Source: a virus
Taxonomy: Duplodnaviria > Caudoviricetes
DNA: 59,297 nt
Strand: one strand, 5' to 3'
Virus record (IMG/VR): IMGVR_UViG_3300037313_002165
Location: 1-59,297 of that record
This document shows, piece after piece, positions 18,077 to 25,072 of this stretch (within the stretch, counting starts at the first letter, position 1; each line of letters opens with the position of its first letter). A program made the position numbers and the translations under genes. Under the pieces are notes generated by a model. It made no database searches and had not been told where the DNA came from. It saw only the letters and a list, made by a program, of their open reading frames with translations.

Positions 18077-19968
18077 GCTACGCCCTCAACGAAATCTGGG
18101 CGAAGGCCTTCGCGCCGCCGGACCGCCGCACGAACATCGAGTGGGCGCGGGAGAAAATTAAGCTCCCGCCGGTTCTCGCGAAATCGGGCACGTTCGACAT
18201 TTCGGGCTCGCGCCATTTCGAGGCGCCGCTCCTAGCCGTCGGTCACGTGCGGGTGCGCGGCGTGCGCATGCTCGCACCGGTCCGCGGCGGAAAAACCCTC
18301 GTGGTCGACGTCTCCGTGCCGAGCGCCGTCGTGCGCGATCATGCGTCCGTGCTCATCGTTTTTCAGGATGGCAAGATTGCCGAGGACCACGCCGAAACGC
18401 GCACGATGCCCATCCTCCAGTCAGTCCCGGAGATTCGGCCGATGCTCTCGGCCGATCGCCACAAGACGCGCAAGTCGAACATCCTTTTCGCCAACGGCCT
18501 TCCTCTCATCCTCACGGGCCCCGCTCTCGGACGTCTCCAATCGAAGGGCTTCAAGTGGGTCATCTGCGACGAGCCGTGGATGTATAAACCCGGCGTGCTC
18601 GCCAACGCGAAGGCCCGCATGGGCGATTTCGTGAAGATGGGAAATAACAAGTTCATCGCGCTCAGCCAGGGCGGCGAGGAAGAGGGCGAGTGGGACATCG
18701 AGTACCGCGCCGGTGTCGAGTTCGTGTGGCGGCCGCTCTGCGCCTCGCCCGCCTGCCGCCAGCCCATGCCCATCGAGTGGTCGCTCAACCGTCCCGATGG
18801 CCAGCGCGCCGGCGCCCTCTTCGATTCCGTCAAGCACGAGGACAACACCTACAACGTCGACGCCTGCTGCGGCACCATCCGCTTCGCCTGCCCGCACTGC
18901 GGTCACCAACATCCGAATACAGCGCGCACGCGCCGCGAGTGGAATACGACCGGCGGCTACTATAACGCCAAGACTGGCGAGCCTTTCGACCCCACCAATC
19001 CACCGCCCGAAATCTCCTTCCGCTGGCACGGCCTCATCGATTACCCGTGGGATTTCCTTCTCCGCAAATGGCTCGAGGCGCAGGACGCCAAACGCGTCGG
19101 CAACTTCAAGCCGCTTGTCATCTTCTTCCAGAAATACTGCGCTCTGATGCGCAGCGAGCGCACCGTTCACGACTCCGATCTTTCCTTCGCGCGCCTGAAG
19201 CTCGAGGTCACCGACCCGAAACTGAAACTCTGGCCCGATGAGCATATGCGCTTCCTCACGGCCGACCGGCAGGAAGAGCAGACTTATTGGGTGATGATTC
19301 GTGCCTGGTCGAAGACCGGTGAGAGCCGCCGCATTTTCTACGGCAAGGTCCACGGCGAGGCCGCCATCGAGGCGCTCCGCGTCCAGTACGCCGTTCCGAA
19401 GACCTGTACTGTCGTCGACTCCGGTCATTGGGCCAAGGGCGCCACCGGCGTTTACGCCGCGTGCTGCCGCTACGGTTGGATCGCCGCCAAGGGCGATGAT
19501 GCCGAGTTCTTCTGGCACTCGGTCAAGCGCAAGGACAAATCTGGCCGCGTCGTCACCGATCGCGTCCAGCGTCTCTGGGCCCCGCGCGCCTGGGGCGACC
19601 CTCACAGCGGCTCCGATGACCAAGGCAAATCCCGTTGCCCGCTCATCACTTTCTCCGCCCCCAAGATGGCTGACATGGTCGATGGGCTCATTGAGCGCGG
19701 CCTCTGGGTCGAACCGCTCGTCGACAGCGACCCCGACGAGACGGAGCGGGAGTTCCGCCGCCAGATGACCGCCGAGTTTAAGCGGCCGAAAATCGATAAG
19801 CTCACCGGCAAACGCAAAATGGTGCGGGTCTGCCCGAGCGGCAATAACCACGCCTACGACGACGCGAAGATGCAGGCACTCTCTGCGATGCAGGCCAAGC
19901 TCCTGCCCGGCGGTTTCGACGATAGCAACGAAGGCGAAGACGTCAATGAGGAGGACCCCGAAGAATGA
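18073..19968 (+). CDS. Terminase large subunit (lambda GpA family)
   Basis: PP...EWA, APVRGGKT, ICDE, CxxC pairs, TADRQ, VVDSG, NHAYD. Confidence 0.9.
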   Translation: MSYALNEIWAKAFAPPDRRTNIEWAREKIKLPPVLAKSGTFDISGSRHFEAPLLAVGHVRVRGVRMLAPVRGGKTLVVDVSVPSAVVRDHASVLIVFQDGKIAEDHAETRTMPILQSVPEIRPMLSADRHKTRKSNILFANGLPLILTGPALGRLQSKGFKWVICDEPWMYKPGVLANAKARMGDFVKMGNNKFIALSQGGEEEGEWDIEYRAGVEFVWRPLCASPACRQPMPIEWSLNRPDGQRAGALFDSVKHEDNTYNVDACCGTIRFACPHCGHQHPNTARTRREWNTTGGYYNAKTGEPFDPTNPPPEISFRWHGLIDYPWDFLLRKWLEAQDAKRVGNFKPLVIFFQKYCALMRSERTVHDSDLSFARLKLEVTDPKLKLWPDEHMRFLTADRQEEQTYWVMIRAWSKTGESRRIFYGKVHGEAAIEALRVQYAVPKTCTVVDSGHWAKGATGVYAACCRYGWIAAKGDDAEFFWHSVKRKDKSGRVVTDRVQRLWAPRAWGDPHSGSDDQGKSRCPLITFSAPKMADMVDGLIERGLWVEPLVDSDPDETEREFRRQMTAEFKRPKIDKLTGKRKMVRVCPSGNNHAYDDAKMQALSAMQAKLLPGGFDDSNEGEDVNEEDPEE

Positions 19969-20159
19969 GAATGCCCGACCCCATGCTTTCCATCAAGGAA
20001 CTCGCCGCCGCGCTCGGTCGCACCCGCGAATATATTTCGGCGATGAAGCGCCACGGCTTCATGATGCCGGGCGGCCGTGCGACGGTCGCTGAGGCGCGCG
20101 CCTGGCTCGCGCGCAACCCTCCGCCGCGGGCCCGCCGGCGCCTCGATGCCGCCGCCTGA
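19965..20159 (+). CDS. Small HTH DNA-binding protein
   Basis: LSIKELAAALGRTREYISAMK. Confidence 0.65.
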   Translation: MRMPDPMLSIKELAAALGRTREYISAMKRHGFMMPGGRATVAEARAWLARNPPPRARRRLDAAA

Positions 20160-20463
20160 AAAAAAGAAAAATCAGGCATGGTTGGGCCGGCCGTTGTCCC
20201 ACCCCTCCATGATAATCTGCCGCCCATGGACAATCACCACCCGCAACGACGCCGTCGCCGAGTACTTCGCCTTTATCCACACACTCCCGCCCGAGGAGGC
20301 TATTCGTGAGCTGCTTGGCGCCATCAGCGACCTTGTGCAATGGATGGACCTCCCGACCGTCCTTGCCCTCCGCGAAATGGTCGCCCGCGATTTCCCGGAA
20401 AGCGAAGGCCTCATCCTCATCGATGGTAACCTCGCGCTCCGCGAGATTCGCGACGCAGCCTAA
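20146..20463 (+). CDS. Hypothetical protein
   Basis: Helical C-terminal half looks coding; start uncertain. Confidence 0.45.
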   Translation: MPPPEKKKNQAWLGRPLSHPSMIICRPWTITTRNDAVAEYFAFIHTLPPEEAIRELLGAISDLVQWMDLPTVLALREMVARDFPESEGLILIDGNLALREIRDAA

Positions 20464-20702
20464 TCGAAAATCGCTTCGCGTGGGTCGCGCGGCTTCGGCT
20501 CTGTGGGCGCGACGTAGACCACGATTTGCCCGGCCTCATCGCGCACGACGGAGCAGCGCTGCGTCGTCTGCATTGTAGTGGTGACAAGGATACTCCTTCC
20601 ATCCTCGGACAATCGCGAGGTGCTCGTAACCTGACAGGGCACGCCTGCAGCGATCGCAATCACGGCTGCCGCGTCGCCTTCAATCCTGTGTGTTTTGCTC
20701 AT
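20460..20702 (-). CDS. Hypothetical protein (last gene of the leftward operon)
   Basis: ATGA-coupled to the upstream minus-strand gene. Confidence 0.6.
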   Translation of the reverse strand: MSKTHRIEGDAAAVIAIAAGVPCQVTSTSRLSEDGRSILVTTTMQTTQRCSVVRDEAGQIVVYVAPTEPKPRDPREAIFD

Positions 20703-21034
20703 TTGGATTTGGGCCGGTAAAAACCTTCTGGGGTGTATTCGAATAGGTCGGCGCGGTCAGGGGACACGTACGTCCGCAAATTTTCTTTGCCTGATAGGGG
20801 TTGTTTCAACCGCTCAAACGTCACGGTGCCTTTCTCGTGATTTTCCCTGAACCGGAACTTGTAGGCGCTACCGATGATATTCTCCATGATCCTTTCGGCG
20901 GGCGACCACACCGGCCCCAATGGGTGCGTGAGTGGCATGGCCGGCGCGGCGGCTTCAAGCGTGTGCCGGTCAAATGTGATCCATTGACCGGGCTCGATGA
21001 CCGAAACGCGGTCGGCGATTTGATACAGATTCAT
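20699..21034 (-). CDS. Hypothetical protein
   Basis: MNLYQIADRV...; GGAGG RBS, ATGA coupling. Confidence 0.7.
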   Translation of the reverse strand: MNLYQIADRVSVIEPGQWITFDRHTLEAAAPAMPLTHPLGPVWSPAERIMENIIGSAYKFRFRENHEKGTVTFERLKQPLSGKENLRTYVSPDRADLFEYTPEGFYRPKSK

Positions 21035-21363
21035 CCCACCCTCCGCTTCCTCGGCTTCGAATCCTTCGCGCCCTTCGGCCTTCCGCCGCGCTTTCCATTT
21101 GCGCGAGCTGCCGCTTTTTGCGCCGGCGTGTTGGCCGCCCGACCCAGCCGCCCGAGAGCGACGGCGGCGGGATTCTTTCCGTCGTTGTTCATGCGCTCGA
21201 TACTCGACCACTTCACATCGAGCCGGTCAACACTGCGGAGATTGGTCGCCGAAAATTTCACCTGATGCGCGGCGCCGGCATCAGGCTCGAGGGCGAACCG
21301 CGGCCGCTCGCCATCAGCCTCTGAAGTGAGCGTGTAACGCAGGGAGAGGGCGCACGCGGTCAT
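21031..21363 (-). CDS. Small basic protein with a KNPAAVALGRLG...GGRP motif
   Basis: Recurrent phage basic motif; ATGA coupling; alternative start 21192. Confidence 0.65.
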   Translation of the reverse strand: MTACALSLRYTLTSEADGERPRFALEPDAGAAHQVKFSATNLRSVDRLDVKWSSIERMNNDGKNPAAVALGRLGRAANTPAQKAAARANGKRGGRPKGAKDSKPRKRRVG

Positions 21364-21935
21364 TTTAGGATGCCTCCCGCGAGCCGCGCGCAAAACTCGG
21401 TCCACTCCCGTTCCACCGTCGCCAACTCATCATCCGAGTAAGAGCCGTCATTGCACCCCGCCGATTCCACCACGCCATCCGGGCGCAACAAATCGTATCC
21501 GTGGCCATCCGCTTCGCGGTAAAAACGAAGCTCCCATCCATCCGGGAGCGTCGGCGCGCCACGCACGATAACGAGTCGCCCCTCGGCTTGGGCAATAACC
21601 TCCCGCGCCTCGATGATGTTTCCGTCGCAGTCGTTGCCGACGCCATAGCGCTCGGCGAGGTCGGTGATCATTTTCAAGTTGGTCAGCAGCTTCGTGAAAA
21701 TATCGTCCGGCTGTGCCATCGCGTGATTCAGCGCCAGCGCTCGCGTCTCGGCAAGATTGCCCTGCCAGCGCTTCGCCTTCTGCCGCCAGTAGGCGCGCGT
21801 CGTTTCGTGGCTGCGCGTGTCATCAGCTTCGCGCCGCGCTTCGGTGATCGCTTCAAGCAGCCCGGCGCGCGCCGTCATGTTGTCGGCATCGGCCTGCCGG
21901 TATCCGGCGAGGTAGTTGGAATCGGTGGATTTCAT
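21360..21935 (-). CDS. Hypothetical protein
   Basis: 191-aa ORF directly downstream of the hammerhead. Confidence 0.7.
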   Translation of the reverse strand: MKSTDSNYLAGYRQADADNMTARAGLLEAITEARREADDTRSHETTRAYWRQKAKRWQGNLAETRALALNHAMAQPDDIFTKLLTNLKMITDLAERYGVGNDCDGNIIEAREVIAQAEGRLVIVRGAPTLPDGWELRFYREADGHGYDLLRPDGVVESAGCNDGSYSDDELATVEREWTEFCARLAGGILK

Positions 21936-21952
21936 GTTTGGGAATTTGTGGT

Positions 21953-22004
21953 GGACTCATCAGGCGCCGCGTGACGGCGCGACCGGCCTTCGCCGGTTTC
22001 GTCC
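21953..22004 (-). ncRNA. Type II hammerhead ribozyme
   Basis: Minus strand: GGAC-GAAA-CCGGC(GAAG)GCCGG-UC^-GCGCCG(UCACG)CGGCGC-CUGAUGA-GUCC; full core and three perfect stems. Confidence 0.93.
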
Positions 22005-22808
22005 TCACCCGGCGAACGACTCCGCCAGTTCCCACAGCCCGGTGTTGATTCGCTCCGAGGCCGACAGCCCGGTGATCTTCCGCACCGTCCGCGTCTCGCG
22101 GCTCAACGTGCCATCCTCGCGCTCGACGTTGAACGTCGCGTGAAACCCGCCGCGCACGAGCGATTCCTGCACCCGGTTGTAGGTCAGCCAGAGCGATCGC
22201 CCGTCATCCTGGCGGCGGAGCGCCCGGCCGTACCGCCAGCCCGCCTCGACCGGCGCATTCGTAGTCCAGCGCAGCGCCAGCGCCTGGCGCTTGAACGCGT
22301 TGATTTGCTCGTCGCTCAGCTCAATTTTATTCCACAGGTCGAACTTCTCGATGACCCGGTCGAAATTGGCCCGCAGTTCGCGCGCGCCGGCCACGATGCG
22401 ATTCTCCAACCCGCCGCCGCGGTGATGGAACACTCCGCCGACGACCTTCACACCGACATAGTTCTGGTTCAGGCAGGCCGCACGCAGGAACCCGCCGATG
22501 GTCCGGAAGGCCGACGTGCCGTCCGAGCTATTGCCGAGATACATCTGCGGGCGACCCTCCGCGTGCTCCGGCAATTCCGGGTGCCAGAGCGTCACGCGGT
22601 GCGTGTTGTGCTCCGCCGCGTCTTCCGAGCGGCTGCGCCGCTGGTCGGCGCCGACCACCTGCCAGCCGTCCTGTTGGAGCGCATCGACCACATTGGCCGT
22701 CGTGACATGCGCGTACTGGTCGGACAGGTGCCCGGCGCGGTGCGCGGTAAAGGCAGCCGGAGCGGCGGCGCGGAGTTGTTCGGTCGAGAGCGGGTAGTTG
22801 GAGATCAT
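22005..22808 (-). CDS. DUF932/DUF945 family protein
   Basis: LSDQYAHVTT, NSSDGTSAF, RAACLN, LWLTYNRVQE, INTGLWELAE. Confidence 0.85.
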   Translation of the reverse strand: MISNYPLSTEQLRAAAPAAFTAHRAGHLSDQYAHVTTANVVDALQQDGWQVVGADQRRSRSEDAAEHNTHRVTLWHPELPEHAEGRPQMYLGNSSDGTSAFRTIGGFLRAACLNQNYVGVKVVGGVFHHRGGGLENRIVAGARELRANFDRVIEKFDLWNKIELSDEQINAFKRQALALRWTTNAPVEAGWRYGRALRRQDDGRSLWLTYNRVQESLVRGGFHATFNVEREDGTLSRETRTVRKITGLSASERINTGLWELAESFAG

Positions 22809-22853
22809 GGGAGTAGGTTTGGTTTCGTTGATGGATTAATCTGACTCACCCAC

Positions 22854-22877
22854 TATAACCCAAGCGCTCGGGTTATA
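22854..22877. promoter_or_regulatory. 24-bp palindromic operator upstream of the leftward operon
   Basis: TATAACCC-AAGCGCTC-GGGTTATA (one mismatched pair), overlapping a minus-strand TATAGT -10-like hexamer. Confidence 0.6.
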
Positions 22878-22986
22878 CCATTACAAAACCGGGACTCCGT
22901 TTCCAACCGGGCAAAAAGAGGCTGCGTCACACTGCGTCACATCAGCGGCATTGCGCGGGTGTTCGCCCGCACACGTTCTCGTCATT

Positions 22987-23376
22987 GTGCGCGCCACCAG
23001 CGGTTTCATCCGGCTGTTTATTCGGGGGCTCGCGTGGGATGCCACCGAAGCCCAAGGGCTGTTCGTCGACACGCTCAAGGCCGCATCGCGCGCCAAGCTG
23101 ATCAAGGTCGGGGGCGCTACCTTCCTCTCTCTCGTTTCGCAGGGCGGCGCCGAGGTGCGTTATACGCTCCCGCCCACCGATGAGCTGACGCAGGGCGATA
23201 TTGCCGAGGTCTGCTCAGCCTTGCTCGACCGCGTCGACGCCATCAAGGCCGCCGATTCGTCCATCGCCGATTCCGCGCTCGTCACCGCGCTGCTCGCGGC
23301 GTTCCCCGCGCCGCCGCCCCCGCGCAGTGTCCGCATGCTCCGGCCTGATTTTTCGTTCGGTCTTCACCGCGCATGA
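22987..23376 (+). CDS. Putative head completion/adaptor protein (gpW position)
   Basis: Immediately precedes the portal with ATGA overlap; GTG start inferred. Confidence 0.5.
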   Translation: MRATSGFIRLFIRGLAWDATEAQGLFVDTLKAASRAKLIKVGGATFLSLVSQGGAEVRYTLPPTDELTQGDIAEVCSALLDRVDAIKAADSSIADSALVTALLAAFPAPPPPRSVRMLRPDFSFGLHRA

Positions 23377-25070
23377 CAGCGGCAACTACAGTCCAGACTG
23401 TTCCCGTTGCCGCGGCGAAGCCGTCGCTCGTCAACCGCGTCATCGATTACATCCGCCGCCCGGCGAAAATCGATCAACCGCGCCTCGCGGCCGCGAACTC
23501 TCGTCCGACCCGCCGCGAAGTTCTCTCCAACCGCGACAATCTCGCTGCGGCGATGGCCCGCTACGAGGCCGGCACGTTCGGCGGCATCGATCGCTCGTGG
23601 ATTCCGCACTACGTGCAGGACGCGCGGCAGGATATCGACCCCGGCCAGCGGCTCGAGATGGTCCGCAAGGCGCGCTACTTCGAGTGCAACAACGCGACGA
23701 TGCAGAAGATCCTCGACCTCATCGAGGTCAACGTCGTCGGCACCGGCGTCCACGCCACGCCCGCCTCATCCGATGAGAAGTGGAATGCCCGCGCGCTCGC
23801 CCGCTGGCAGGAATGGTGCAAGTTCGCCGACCTCTCGTCGCGGCAGAATTTCGCCACGCTTCAGGCGCTGATGGCCCGCGCCCAGGCGGTCGATGGGGAA
23901 ATCTTCGTCTGGCTCACCTATGGCGACCCGGATGAGACTGGCCGGCGCTTCCCGCGTATCCAGCTCATCGAGACGCACCGCGTCTGCGACGCGAAGCTCC
24001 CGCGCCAGTACGAGCAGGAGGGCTACCAGCAGTTCGATGGCATCCTGACCGACCGCCGCGGCCGCCCGGTCTTCTACATCGTCACCAACGATGCCGACGC
24101 CTTTTCGAAGTCCTCGCCCAAGTCGGTCGCGCTGATTCCCGCCGAGGAAATCGTCCACATCTACGAGCCGTCGCGCACTTCCCAGCCGCGCGGTCTCACC
24201 CTGTTTCACGCGTGCCTGCCCGACCTGCACGACCTCGACGATCTGCAGCGCTACGAGATGCTCGCATCGAAAGACGCCGCCTCGCGCGCCAACGTCGTCA
24301 AGACCGCGAGCGGCGAGGTGACCGACGATGGCAGCATCATCGGCCGCGAGGAAACGCAGCCGGCCGATAACAACACCACGGCGGAAAAGGTCACCTACTA
24401 CCAGACCGCGTTCGGCGCCCGCACGGTGGTTCTCCGGCACGGCGACGAGTGGGAGCAGGGCGAGGCGCTTCGCCCGACCACCGCGCAACAGGAGTTCTGG
24501 AAAATTCTCGAGCGGAAAGTCTGTCGCGGCACCGGCCTGTCCTACGCCGCGCTCTGCGATTACGAGGGCGGTTGGTCCGGCCCGGCGCTCCGCGGCGCGC
24601 TCGCTGCCGATAATCGCTTCTACGACGTTCGCACCCAGACGCTCTCGGTCGGTTTCCAGCGCATCTACGAGCACGTCATCGGCGCCGATGTGAAGCCGGG
24701 CGGCGCGCTGTTTGGAGGCGCGCCGAAAGACTGGCGCAACGTCATCTGGCAATCGCCGCGGCGTGCGACCGTCGATATCGGCCGCGAGTCCAAGTCGATC
24801 CTCGAAGAACTGAAGGCCGGCGTTCGCACCGAGCTCGACGTGCAGGGAGAGCTCGGTCTCGACCACAAATCCGTGCGTGACCAGCGCTTCTCCGAGGTGC
24901 GCGCCCGAATCCAGGAAGCGAAAGCCATCTCCGAGGAGTTCGGCCTGCCACTCCCGCTCGCCTGTTCGTTCGTCGGCCTGGCGCTTCCGCAAGGCATCAG
25001 CCTGCCACCCGAGCCCGCCGATCCCGCCGATCCCGCCGATCCCGCCGGATCAACCGAGCCAACCGACTGA
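23373..25070 (+). CDS. Portal protein, lambda family
   Basis: YEAG, ARYFECNN, DGEIF, QLIETHR, DGI..D..GRP, IVHIYEPSR..QPRG. Confidence 0.9.
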   Translation: MTAATTVQTVPVAAAKPSLVNRVIDYIRRPAKIDQPRLAAANSRPTRREVLSNRDNLAAAMARYEAGTFGGIDRSWIPHYVQDARQDIDPGQRLEMVRKARYFECNNATMQKILDLIEVNVVGTGVHATPASSDEKWNARALARWQEWCKFADLSSRQNFATLQALMARAQAVDGEIFVWLTYGDPDETGRRFPRIQLIETHRVCDAKLPRQYEQEGYQQFDGILTDRRGRPVFYIVTNDADAFSKSSPKSVALIPAEEIVHIYEPSRTSQPRGLTLFHACLPDLHDLDDLQRYEMLASKDAASRANVVKTASGEVTDDGSIIGREETQPADNNTTAEKVTYYQTAFGARTVVLRHGDEWEQGEALRPTTAQQEFWKILERKVCRGTGLSYAALCDYEGGWSGPALRGALAADNRFYDVRTQTLSVGFQRIYEHVIGADVKPGGALFGGAPKDWRNVIWQSPRRATVDIGRESKSILEELKAGVRTELDVQGELGLDHKSVRDQRFSEVRARIQEAKAISEEFGLPLPLACSFVGLALPQGISLPPEPADPADPADPAGSTEPTD

Positions 25071-25072
25071 CC

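Noticed and set aside
25010-25050. GATCCCGCC x3 near the portal C-terminus
   Set aside because: In-frame 9-bp slippage in a disordered tail; not phase-variable.
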